64,000 nucleotides of DNA from Octopus sinensis (taxonomy: Eukaryota). The notes beneath the pieces were generated by a model. It was given only the letters and a program-made list of their open reading frames with translations, was not told the origin of the DNA and searched no databases. The stretch is from positions 37,138,001-37,202,000 of the forward strand of contig NC_043008.1 in the NCBI RefSeq assembly GCF_006345805.1, written 5' to 3'. Each line of letters starts with the position of its first letter. The first letter of the stretch is position 1. The position numbers and the translations under genes were made by a program. Positions 39,546 through 51,556 of the stretch are shown one piece after another.

Positions 39546-39678
39546 ATTAATGAATAAATTTACTCTTTAGTATTTCAAGACATTTTTATATAATTTTCTT
39601 AAATATATCTGTTAAAATGAGATGTCAGTGTTATTTGCATTTTTGTGTAATTTAGACGACAGTTTATTCACTGCACCT

Positions 39679-39887
39679 TGTATATAATATTATATAAGCT
39701 TAAAGCTTATAAGCTCTCACCATGTATTGACTAAAGAAAATAGTCTGATAGTGGGGCATATAAGCCCTCAACAGAAAAAAGTGGAGATTTTCCCTCAAGG
39801 GCTTATATGCCCCACTATTAGACTATTTTCTTTAGTCAATACACAATGATTGCTTATAAGCTTTAAGTTTATAAAATATTATTTACA
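39679..39887. mobile_element. Fold-back element/MITE with ~90-bp arms
   Basis: tgtattgactaaagaaaatagtctgatagtggggcatataagccct is mirrored by agggcttatatgccccactattagactattttctttagtcaataca; outer arms match too. Confidence 0.85.
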
Positions 39888-40637
39888 GAATTGTCACTCA
39901 TCACCACTTCTTAAATCATTGCATATATATATATCTCAAATTTATAATTGAAATACAATACTGAAGACAGAAATAAGTGAGTAAAAATAAAATTTGACAT
40001 CTCTTTAATCCAGAAATGCGTATATAGTTGATCAAAGCTGGGTGGACTCATTATTTTTCTCTCTTTACCTGCGTGAGTTGGGAGTATTGCTGTCTGGGAG
40101 ATATCTTGTGGTAGTAGAATAGTATTTAATTGGTATTTCTAAATTTTGGTATGTGGTGAAGCAATTTTGCTGAGTCCTAATTATAATTAATAATTATGCT
40201 TATAATTATAGAATTTTTGTATAAGGTTACCGATAATGGTTCTTTTAACATACCAAACGACTTGGTAAAATAATTAATTATTAATTGATTAATTAATTTT
40301 ACCCTTTATTATTTTTATTATATATATATATATTAATATTTATTGCTAAGCTAATGTGGCAGTCTAGAAAAATAGGATGAATGCTGCCATTAATTAGCTC
40401 TGAGAGGCCATCGACTCTAGCTAGCTATGTGACACACAAATCTGCTTCCATAACACCTTTGAACAGGTGAGGTCATCAACTTTCCCTTGCTGGTTCAGCA
40501 CCTTCAGACTGGTTTCAGGGTATTTGTCCCTTATCAATGTGAGGTAGCTAAACCCAGCAGGCATCACTGTTGACTGTCAGTTCAAAGGTTTATTTATATA
40601 TATTCAGTGGAACATATTCACTGATTTTCAAAAATAG

Positions 40638-40755
40638 AAATATTATTATTTCTAAATCTCTCTAAAGGAGAGATATGGCAGCAGTACTGGATATTGATAT
40701 TTAATACCCAATACTGCTCCTGTGTCTCTCCTTTAGAGAGATTTAGAAATAATAA

Positions 40756-40760
<5 letters not shown>
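40638..40760. mobile_element. Small fold-back element/MITE with 36-bp perfect outer arms
   Basis: aaatattattatttctaaatctctctaaaggagaga and its exact reverse complement at 40725-40760. Confidence 0.85.
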
Positions 40761-40797
<37 letters not shown>

Positions 40798-40799
40798 AT

Positions 40800-40947
40800 T
40801 ATTTGTTTCAGTCATTTGACTGTAGACATGCTGGAGCACTGCTTTTGGGTGAATCAATCAACCCCAGGATTTATTCTTTGGTAGCCTAGTACTTATTCTA
40901 TCAGTCTTCTTTTGTTGAGCCACTAAGTTACAGGGACGTAAACACAG

Positions 40948-40985
<38 letters not shown>
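40800..40985 (-). mobile_element. SINE family A, 3' half
   Basis: Matches the A tail half and ends in (CA)n. Confidence 0.8.
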
Positions 40986-40987
<2 letters not shown>

Positions 40988-41265
40988 GAAGGTATGTGTT
41001 CTAGTTGTTAGGATGTTGCACTCACAATCTTGTGATGATGGTTTCAGTTCCGAGGCTGGGTGGTGCTTTGGGTTCTTGACAGAACATTTCCTTTTGCATT
41101 GCACCTGTCCACTCAGGTGTAAATGAGTAACTCTGTGATGATCTGGTGTTCTGTTGAGGGACAATGTTGGCTTGCACCCCCACCTCCCCATCCAGTAAGC
41201 TGACATCATTCAAAAGCCATAACAATGCAAAGTAGTGCATCATGACCAGCAGTGTGTAACATATT

Positions 41266-41480
41266 TTCTACTCTAGGCACAAGCCCCGAAATTTTTGGAG
41301 TGGGTGGAGGGGGCAGTCAATTACATCGACCCCAGTATGCAACTGATACTTAATATATCGACCCCGAAAGGATGAAAAGCAAAGTCGACCTCGGCGGAAT
41401 TGGAACTCAGAACATAAAGACAGATGAAACACCGCTAAGCATTTCGCCCGGTGTGCTAACGTTTCTGCCAGCTCGCTGCA
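41266..41480 (-). mobile_element. SINE family B variant
   Basis: Reverse complement of the B head and core. Confidence 0.85.
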
Positions 41481-41973
41481 GCAGTGTGTAACATCTGATT
41501 GTCAAGTCAATACAGTGATACAGTAATGTGTGTGTGTGTGTGTGTATCTATGTGGTTGTGTCACTGCTTGACAATTGTGTTCATTGGTTTATTTCTTTGC
41601 TACTTAGCAATTGGGAAAAGCTTAACATAGGCCTTCTTCTCCAAGTATTCACACCCAAGATGTATTTCCCCATGTTGTACCAGGAATCTTCTTCCAAATT
41701 AAATTTGATAGGTCCTCACTTTTCATTGTTTATTAAGCTGCAGCAATCTCTAAAATGTAATATCTGATATGGACTGTTACTCAGCACGATAGCAGTGGTC
41801 AATAAATCTATGGTGTGACAATAAATTGCATTTGATGCTAGTGCCAAGATACTGACAAAAAAAAAATGGGCTACTGTATGACTGATATTATTCCCACACC
41901 TGCTCTAATCCAGAACAGTAGCACTTATGGTCACCACTTCCACCACTTATGTCCACCACACCACCACCACCAC

Positions 41974-42133
41974 TAATGAAGGAAGTTGAGACGAGGTCCA
42001 TTTCTTCGCAGATCATAGTGCACGTTGATTTTGGATAGGACTACAGAAAGTGGAATCAAGGCCATAACAAATAACAGAGGTGAACAAGTGTCTCCTTGGA
42101 AGATGCCTCTTTTGATTGTTACCTCGGCTAAGC
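41974..42133 (-). mobile_element. RT fragment of an RLE-type (R4/Dong-like) LINE next to an (AAT)n tract
   Basis: LAEVTIKRGIFQGDTCSPLLFVMALIPLSVVLSKINVHYDLRRNGPRLNFLH (RT QGD-SP-LF motif). Confidence 0.85.
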
Positions 42134-42137
42134 TTAT

Positions 42138-42168
42138 GATTATCATTATTATTATTATTATTATTATT

Positions 42169-42224
<56 letters not shown>

Positions 42225-42243
42225 GTTGTTGTTGTTGTTGTTG

Positions 42244-42321
<78 letters not shown>

Positions 42322-42349
42322 CATCATTATTATTATTATTATTATTATT
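42138..42349. repeat. (ATT)n/(GTT)n compound microsatellite
   Basis: Seen directly. Confidence 0.97.
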
Positions 42350-42559
42350 TCATATATGCACAACAGATTAAACTGCTAGAAAAGAAAAATTCTTTACATC
42401 TGGCTACAAGTAACTTCAGATGCCAAGAAGCCTCCTAAGTATTCTAGCTGTCCCTATCATCATCATCATCATCATCATCATCATATAAACCAACTTCGTA
42501 AGAGTTTTATATCAGTAGAGTTGTGGGCAGAAGAGTGTTGGGATGGTGTGGTTATGAAG

Positions 42560-42686
42560 CAAAATGGAATGTTTTTTTTCCAAGACCATTATTCTTCAAG
42601 GAACTGTGAAGGAAGAAAAAAGGAGAGGCAAAAAGAAAAAAAAAAGATGGATGGATGACATCAAGGGACAGGCAGGTAAATTATTA
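42560..42686 (+). mobile_element. RTE 3' fragment
   Basis: SKT(I)ILQGTVKEEKRRG....RWMDDIKG resembles RTE SKTILQGTVEGGRRRGRQRKRWEDNI. Confidence 0.6.
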
Positions 42687-42721
42687 CTACAGACCTGAGT
42701 TCTGAAATATAAGCACAACAG

Positions 42722-43140
42722 TTAGGTGCAGGATTGGCTGTGTGGTAAGTAGCTTGCTTACCAGCCACATGGTTCCGGGTTCAGTCCCACTGCGTGACAT
42801 CTTGGGCAAGTGTCTTCTGCTATAGCCCTGGGCCGACCAATGCCTTGTGAGTGGATTTGGTAGACGGAAACTGAAAGAAGCCTGTCGTATATATGTATAT
42901 ATATATGTGTGTGTCTGTGTGTGTTTGTGTGTCTGTGTTTGTCCCCCTAGCATTGCTTGACAACCGATGCTAGTGTGTTTACGTCCCCATCACTTAGCGG
43001 TTCGGCAAAAGAGACCGATAGAATAAGTACTGGGCTTACAAAGAATAAGTCCCGGGGTCGATTTGCTCAACTAAAGGCAGTGCTCCAGCATGGCCGCAGT
43101 CAAATGGCTGTAACAAGTAAAAGAGTAAAAGAGAAAGAGT
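42722..43140 (+). mobile_element. SINE family A, full length
   Basis: Matches the family A consensus from head to tail. Confidence 0.93.
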
Positions 43141-44472
43141 TGAAGAACTCAGTAATGCAGGATATCTCAATGGTGTCTCCATGACTTCGTCGGGAGTTGC
43201 TAACTGAAGCAAGCAAGTAAACATTATAAGAACATTTTCCCAACATACTTAATGACTATTTACATATAAACAGTAAATGACTTTCTAAACATTCAAAACC
43301 AGCTTCTTTTAAGAGAAGAAAAAAAAATCACCATTAGTAAGTATTAATTATTGAATAGTGATAACTATTTTGATAAGCAAATAAATAAACAATACAGACA
43401 GGGAATAAAAAAATAAATACAGAAGGCAGATAGAAAAGTTTGTGAATTGAATATGAATGTAACTAAAGACCTATGTGTCATAATGTTCAAGGAACAACAT
43501 ACAGAAAACTTGCTAAACCTAAATTCAAAAAGAAAAAGAAAACAGCAAAACAAAAAAATGGAAGGAATGCTCTTGTGGTTTACAGAATCTTGTCAGTAAC
43601 TGATTTTGACATGATTCTGGTAAAATGTGTCAGGGATCATGCCATGACAGTATGATGGCATTCTTGATATGTTAAAGGAAATATGGAAATAGTAACTTTG
43701 TGTGTCAAAAAAAGGTATACGTATATAAATCAAATGCATACTAAATATAAAACAGATGAACATATCATCAAAACCTTGATTATGTTTGGTGTAATTCAAC
43801 ACAAAATGCATTACACCATACAATAAATAAACACTTTTAAGATACTACAAAACTCTAACATTTCAAACAATCTAGTAATGATCAATGTGATAAATAAATT
43901 TGATGGCAAATATGATAGTCGTAAACTTCATGACTCTAACTGTTATAGTGGCAATACAAGCATGACAACTTCCAGCATTAAATTACAATGCACTCTCCTC
44001 AAAATGCAAAATCTAAATAGACATAAAAACGTGAGTAGTCAACACATCTAAAAACTATAGAATTCTCCACAATTATAAACAATTAATGGCAGAATCAATT
44101 CTTATGAAATATAAATTGACAGAATATATTAATTCCAAACAAGAATAAAAACCTGACTGATGATGATATATGAATATAGGAATTAAAATTCAAATTCTAG
44201 TGGTATTGTCTACATCAGTTGCATGAGTATAAAGAGGCAGCAACATACTCCAATATTACTTCATCCTGAAGATGAGTTTCTATGAAGGTCTAAAAATATT
44301 CATGATAGACTTAAGGCACTTACTGCTCCAAATAACTTGCAAAGATGTCATATGAAAATATTAAAAAGCTTGATCACAAAGTATAAAATGGAACACAATA
44401 ATGTCGTCAATAGACAACTAAAAGAGAAGCTGTTTCCTACCCATTCATCCACCCATCCATATATATACATAC

Positions 44473-44525
<53 letters not shown>

Positions 44526-45749
44526 GGCAGATGTGACATACAAACATACATATATATATTTATACATACATGAATATATGCTGAAGAAGGTGGTGCAGAG
44601 TGAAGACAAAGGAATTTATAGGAAAATAATATGTATGTGTGTGTGTACAATGGATACATACAAGCTCCACCCCTCATCAGTTGGCAGCCAAATATCATCA
44701 TGATTTCGACTTTTTCGGCAAATATTGCAAATATTGTTTGAGTTGGTAGTCAGAAACATTAGCTGTTGGGGTATAGAGAAGTAGACACTAAACGAACATG
44801 GCAAGGAAAGCAATTGAGATAAGTTTTCTGACTGAAATGACAAGGACTGTAGACAGAATGGTAAATAAAGATGAATAGGGAAAAGAACAGATAACACATA
44901 CACACACATATATATATAGAGAGAGAGAGTGAGGGAGAGGAAGAGAGCGAGAGAGAGAGAGAGAGGCCAGTTGCTAATATCCAGGTTGTGCATGTGCTAT
45001 CAATAAATTTCTATTCAATTCAGTCTTATTCCCAAACATGTTATATTCTGTCAGCTAAACATACATTTATTTCATAAAACAATGTTGAAGTTTACATCAT
45101 ATTTTAATGTTCAACACACTCTAATTCACATGCTACAGAAAACTTCTGCAACAACAACAGCAGCAGCAGCAGCAGCCGCAGCAGCAGCTGTAGCAGTAGT
45201 AGATGTATTAGAATTAGTGGTAGTTATTGTTTATGCTATTATATTTGTGGCGAAGATTTTCCTTCCATCTTCTGCGATATAATGATACAGAAGCTGAATA
45301 TTTCTATGTCTACCACCAAACAGAAAATTCATATAAAAAAAACAACAAAAATGAGAAACCAAAAAAACAAAAAAACAAAAAAATCTATTAATCTTGATTT
45401 AAACTTTCAAACAAGAACAAAATTGAAATAAACCAGTAAATAAATGAATAGATAAATAAATAAAATAAAAGTTCTATTAGCATAATGTGTTCTATCTATT
45501 TCATTTGCATAATGCATTCTAAAATAATCCATTAGAGTGAGAAATGGTACGAAAATAACTTTGGTGCTGCAGTTTATTTGTAAATAAACAAACTAGTAGT
45601 TAACAGGGTGGGGGTGAACTGGGGGGGGGGAGAAAGGATAAGGAGTGCTATTTGCCAAAAAAAAAAATGGATAAAAAAAATATATACTGTAATGTTAATC
45701 AAAGATCCATAAATAGTTGAATTTCTGATTGGTTCAGCGAAAAGAAGTT

Positions 45750-45890
45750 CTACAAGGGTAAATGATGTTGTTGTTCTCGTTGATGCGGCTGTTGTAATTG
45801 TAATTGTAATTGTTGTTGTTGTTTTTGTTGGTGGCGTTGAGTTGTCCTCCCGTTTGGCTCTGTTCGAGGAAGTCTACAATCTGGAAGTTG
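45750..45890 (-). CDS. Candidate terminal coding exon QLPDCRLPRTEPNGRTTQRHQQKQQQQLQLQLQQPHQREQQHHLPL*
   Basis: ctgac branch-like motif and acceptor tttcattag. Open 46-codon Q-rich frame that is locally CpG-rich. Followed by more than 2 kb of U-rich, mostly repeat-poor 3'UTR-like sequence. The phase-1 alternative ends ATSRL*. Confidence 0.33.
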   Translation of the reverse strand, partial: QLPDCRLPRTEPNGRTTQRHQQKQQQQLQLQLQQPHQREQQHHLPL

Positions 45891-46249
45891 CTAATGAAAC
45901 GATGTATTCAGTCAGTGCTTCTAACTTTAGATATCCATTCATTATCTTGCATTAAACGAGTGGGAGAAAAACAGGAGAAATGCAGTCTTAAGTGGTCTCA
46001 GTTTTAAAGAAAATATTTATAATGTTGATGGTAAATTCATTGATACATTGCATATATCTAAAGCCTCTAATGACATTCCCTTCTTTGCTCATGTAGTCTA
46101 TGTTCTAAAAGACAGTTGCATGCCTGTTGAGAAAGATTTTACTGCTATGAATACTTTCAAATAAGTTTGCTTGCTGACCAAACAGCATACGTTTTAATGA
46201 TAGTAAAAACATTGTTATGAAAGAGTTGGATGCAATATTAAAAAGGAAG

Positions 46250-46775
46250 ACTAATCTGAGGTGATTGATGTAGAGATAGAAGACTGATGTAGAGTGGAAA
46301 TATTAAAATATAAAGAAAAGACTAGTGATAGTTGCAGAGAAAAGAGACTACTGTAGAGTGAATGAAAACAATTGTGGAGGGTAAAGACAAAAGTAGAAGG
46401 AGATTGGTATAGGGAGGGACAAAATAAGGAGAGCAAAGACTGGAGAGCAAAGACTTGTCTCAAAGGAAAATCATTATATAAAACAAATACTCTTGTACAG
46501 AGGAGACTGTTGTAATGATGGAAGATTGACTGTAGAGAAGGGAGACTGTAGTATAAAGAAGAGATTATTTAAGACTATTTTAGGAGGGGAAGACTAAAGA
46601 GGAGGAAGAGGGACTTTACAGGAAGGTGACTGACTGTATAAAAGGATAGAAGTATAAAAGTGAGACTATTGACGAAAGAGAGCGAGAGAGAAAGAGAAAC
46701 AAAGAGAGAAGCCAATTAAAAGAAACTGCAGTAGAGAGGAAAGATTGATAGAAAGTAAAGACTGTAGAGATTTTC
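46250..46775. repeat. Degenerate purine-rich tandem repeat (core AGACTGTAGAG)
   Basis: Recurrent agactgatgtagag, agactactgtagag, gactgtagagaagggagactgtag and aagactgtagag. Confidence 0.6.
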
Positions 46776-46852
46776 GCTGTGGGGGATGCCTTTAGATTCT
46801 GGAGTGCCTGAGAGGCAAAAGCGTATGACTAGCCAGCTCTAGGAAACGAAGG

Positions 46853-46904
46853 TAGTAGTAGTAGTCGTCGTCGTCGTCGTCGTCGTAGTCGTAGTAGTAG
46901 TCGC

Positions 46905-46947
<43 letters not shown>
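46853..46947. repeat. (GTA)n/(GTC)n microsatellite
   Basis: Seen directly. Confidence 0.95.
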
Positions 46948-47766
46948 AAATAGCAAAAGGAGATGATAGCATGGTTGAAACATGCTCCAGAATGACATCA
47001 TGCTAAATCCTTAGGTGGTTGTTTTTGAGTTTCTGAGTGCAATTGTTGATACTGGTTTTGTTCTTTTTATTATTCCTGTCTTCAAATTTACTGTTAGACT
47101 GCTTAGAATATTTTTATTCATTAACTATTCATTCAAATGTTCATCTTTTTTCTTCTCAACCCAGCATCATTAGAACTTGGAATGTCAGAATGGATGGAAT
47201 GCTGCTAAGCATTTTGCTCAACATGCTAACAATTCTGACAGCAGCCCTTATTATTGTTGTTGTAGTTGTTGTTGTTGATGATAATGATGATGTTGTTGTG
47301 GTTCTTGTTGTTCTGCTTGCTATTAACTGTTATCTTACCTATGACTGGTCTATCGTTCTTTCCTTCATCATCTCTAAACTGACAGGTGAGTTTCTCCTAT
47401 TTATGATCAGAAATATTCACGAATGGTTGATCAGTCTTACTGAGTCATTGATTTAACCTGTGGGATCCAGTTTTTTCTTCTGTTCATGCTGATGAAAAGA
47501 GTTAAATGCAAGCCAAAATAAAATTACTATCTATTTTACTGCACTGCTGCCATCAAAGGGATGAATAAACAAGTTATCTATGAAACAATAAAAAAAAATT
47601 AAAAAGGACTTTGATGGCAAGTAATAAAAACCTTTATTATCTAAGCATAATTGTAACCTCATTACATTTATCAGAATAATGTTGAAGAACTTTACTTTCA
47701 GTCATAGAATATGAACGAGTACTGTATATTGCTTTTTTAAACATTAAAAACTTTTTGATGCTTTAC

Positions 47767-47781
47767 CTCATCATCAAAGTC
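47767..47781 (-). CDS. Candidate 15-nt micro-exon GACTTTGATGATGAG (DFDDE)
   Basis: Acceptor ttttgttgtttttcaag and donor GAG|gtaaag; symmetric length. A complementary intronic segment lies at 47604-47624. Confidence 0.3.
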
Positions 47782-49231
47782 CTTGAAAAACAACAAAACA
47801 GCTGGCTGAAATCTAACAGTTCACAATTTTCAATCTACGTAACATAATAATACAATATCAAGGGAACAGCATTGAATTCCATTAATAGGGCACACAGAAT
47901 TCAGCTATATAATATCATTTCTGTTTCAATGAAATGGATATAAATTTAATTAGAGAAATATTAGGAATGATGCCGAGTTTTTGAAACCTAAGTTTGTTAG
48001 TAAAGGTTTTGGTAACAACATAAGAAAAAAGTGAAAGAAAACAAAATATAATACAGACAAATGTAAATTCAGTTGACCAAATTAACTGAAGTCAGTTATA
48101 ATTCAAAGTGTTTTTCTTTGATGAAAAATATTCCATATAAATGTTCTTCAGATAAGGTTTTCTCTTACATGGTTTATAATGTATCTAAATTTGATAAATC
48201 AACAGAATATAAACATGTAGCTTAAAGGAATTTGAAGTTTTGTTATGGTATGTTTACCTGGAATGATATTCAGAAATGGTGCCATGTTTACATTGTTTAT
48301 TTATTTAGCAATCATATACAAATAAGATTGTATTTGCAAATGTTGATGTTATTATTTTCCTACAAAATGTAAATAAATTGTACATTCTACTATTATAGTG
48401 CTAAATGTAAGAACCAGAAAGGAAACAAAAGAGGTAAAAAATATATATAGAACTAATGCAGAAAAAACATAGTAAAATTACCCAAGAAGTATATCTCCCA
48501 AGCAATAATATAGTAACAGTGAGACTTATCTTAGTAAGTCTTTTCCTTGATATTTATATTAAGTTTCAAGTTTATAATCTTAGTGTTGTAACATTGTTAG
48601 TAGAAGAACTGTGAAAATATGGCAGAATGTTCCACAAAGAAAATTATATTGTATAGATAAATTCTTGTTGGAACTTATATTTACAGTAAAATTGCAAACA
48701 TATGTGACAAGATTACAAATAGAATATGCAGGAAATGTCTAAGATGAAAATAAGACATAATCTATTATATCTTCTTAAGAAAACAAAAACAACTCCCAAA
48801 ACCCGTCTGTGATTTGTTAAAGAAGGAAAATAAAACAAAAGACAGGAATCTCCTTTATGTAAGGAAGTAGTTTAGTTTTGTTGATTCCTTCCAACAAGTG
48901 GTTGTTGGTGATTAAGATGGAGCTACTAGTAATCAAATAAAATCATAAGTAAACTAGGATCTTCTCAAAAAAAGTGTCTGTCAGAAACCTTTGAAGTTTC
49001 TTTTTCAATTCTCTAATAAGGGAATATACTTGATATGTTATACAAATGTTGGACAATGTAATACACGTTTTAAAATTATAGTTGCACATTTTTTCTCCAG
49101 TGAGGAAGTATTCCTATGCTAGGATATATTTTGGTTGTAGTTTCAATCAGAACACAAATGTTCTATTAGTCTATTAGGCTACAAATACACATTCTGTTAA
49201 ACACTTATTATAGATGCATTGCATCAATTTC

Positions 49232-49234
<3 letters not shown>

Positions 49235-49265
<31 letters not shown>

Positions 49266-49575
49266 GGTGTTTAACGTCCGCTTTCCATGCTGGTATGAGT
49301 TGGACAGTTTGACTGAGGATTGGTGAACCAGAAGGCTGCACCAGGCTCAATCTGATCTAGCAAACTTTCTACAGCTGGATGCCCTTCCTAATGCCAACCT
49401 CTCCAAGAGTGTTGTGGGTGCTTTTACGTGCCACCGGCAAGAGGGCCAGTCAGGCAGCTCTGGCAACAACCATGCTCAAAAGGTGTTTTTTTACATGCTA
49501 CCTGCATGGGAGCCAGTCTGGCAGGCACTGGCAACGACCACACTTGAATGTTGTTTTTCACGTGCCCCTGACACA
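49235..49575 (-). mobile_element. Family C retroposon
   Basis: (cat)n tail, gtttaacgtccgctttccatgc and internal gtgccacc units. Confidence 0.85.
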
Positions 49576-49799
49576 TGTGCCAATAAGTTTAATATAAGAG
49601 AGAGGAGAGAAATTTAGCAAGATATTAAAAAGTGAACTTGCTTTTCTCCTGGAAATTGTGTTAAATGAAAAAATTTTGTATTACAACCAAGTCAAGATTA
49701 GTTTTAAGATAACCACAATATGAGTGATTTAAAATGCTTGACTCTGTATAAGTGTTACTGTTGCTATTCTTCTTTTTCTTTTTCTTTTCACCCTTTTCA

Positions 49800-49988
49800 A
49801 GCCTAGCGAGGCTCATGAGTCTGGTTTCCTGGTTTCTATGGCATATGTGTTCCCCCCAGCTGGAGCCTCGTGGAGCTTTAGGTGTTTTTGCTCAATAAAC
49901 ACAAACAACGCCCGGTTTGGGAATCGAAACTGTGATCCTCTGACTGTGAGGCCGCTGCCCTAACCACTGGGCCATTGCGCCTCCACTA
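49800..49988 (-). mobile_element. SINE family F, 5' part
   Basis: Head ggaggcgcaatggcccagtggttagggcagcggcctc...gtttcgattccc matches the 20040-20412 copy. Confidence 0.75.
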
Positions 49989-51556
49989 CTATTGCAATTA
50001 TTATCTTCAAAAGTATTTGTTTGACTCTTTGGAATAATTTTTCCCATTAATTGTTCCTCAAAACATTTATGTTTTTCTCCTTTTTGTTCTACATCATTTC
50101 TTAGTACATTATTTTGTCTTGTATTATGATAGCCATTTGAATGTGAAATTGTGACCAGCATGTTTAAGTAAATAAAATTAAGTGCAAAACCAAATTTTCC
50201 TTTATGTGTATTCCTGGATTTGGTGGGCAAGCCTTTTTTTGGGTAATTATAATCCTTCTTTAGCTAGTACTCCAATGAAAATTTCATTCGGTAATGCAAA
50301 GAGAAAGAAGTAAAAAATGCTTTCAATCAATTAGCATGAATAATAACAAGAACATGAACAACAACAACAACAGCAACAAAAACAACAACAGTGCCTTCAA
50401 AGTTGTAGTAAATTCTGCTTATTGAGAGGAAGTTTTGTTTTCCTTTATGCTTATGCTTTTAATCAGTACTTTGGCTGAGCCAACCTGTCTTTATCTAAGG
50501 TAGTCAGTCTTAAAATCTAAATCTTAAAACATGTCATGCCATAATAGGTTAAACAAAATAGTGTAAACTGATTGATTATTTAATGCATCCTTCCCAATCC
50601 TCTTTCTGATAACTCTGTTGATAAGGATCTTTTAAAATTATGACAGAACCTCTAATACTGCATACTAAGTGTTCTCAGCCTTTTTTTTAATTCTTAAACT
50701 TACACAGTAACCATACTAACTCAACTGATTTCCAATGCAAACATTGTTAATCCACAGTTATACAAATCTGATCCAAGCAGAATGTTCTCTTATAATCTAG
50801 TTATCAGATTTTTCATTTCTAGCCTCAATCTCTATGATTTTTTTTATTTGAATGAAATTTTTTATTTTATTTTAATTTTTTTTTTCTAAACTGTATTTTA
50901 AATAAGATTTTGAAATAAAATTAATTACTTTACATCATTCCGGCTCGATGTACACAAATGTTGAGTAAATAAGCTTAACACATTAATATTCATGATCCTG
51001 ATATTTTTTTTATATATATATGATATCAGGCTACAGGTTGGGAAGTAAAGATAATTGAATTATGTTCTGACAGATGATTGATAAAAAACTTTTATTGATT
51101 CTTGATGGATGTAAGGCAAATTCTTCTCCTGGTGAGATTTGAACTCAAAGCATAAAGGGATCGAATTAAATACTTCAATGCCTTTCTTTAACATCCATAA
51201 TAAATAATGATGTTAGATGTATTAATATACATTCATATGAAGTTAAGTAGTGTGTTTGGTTAAAATTTAACCTCATGGCCTTCATCATATTAATTTACAA
51301 AATCTTGGTTATGTGAATGACCCTGCAGCTGCTTTCTATTCAAAGAGAGATCATCTACAAGAGAAAACCAATGAGTTGAATAATTATGCTAAGCAGATAG
51401 ACCTTATTGTGAACACCTCAAAAACACAAGTCATGTACATAAACTTCTACATCCCTACACTTATCACTGCCAACACAAACTAAAAATACAAAGCTGAATG
51501 AATAAAAATGAACATTTTAATGAATAATTAATAGAAAACGTATTTCAAACGATATA

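Noticed and set aside
42025-42438. 137-aa ORF with I/V/L/Y runs
   Set aside because: It is the antisense of a LINE RT fragment reading into an (ATT)/(GTT) microsatellite.
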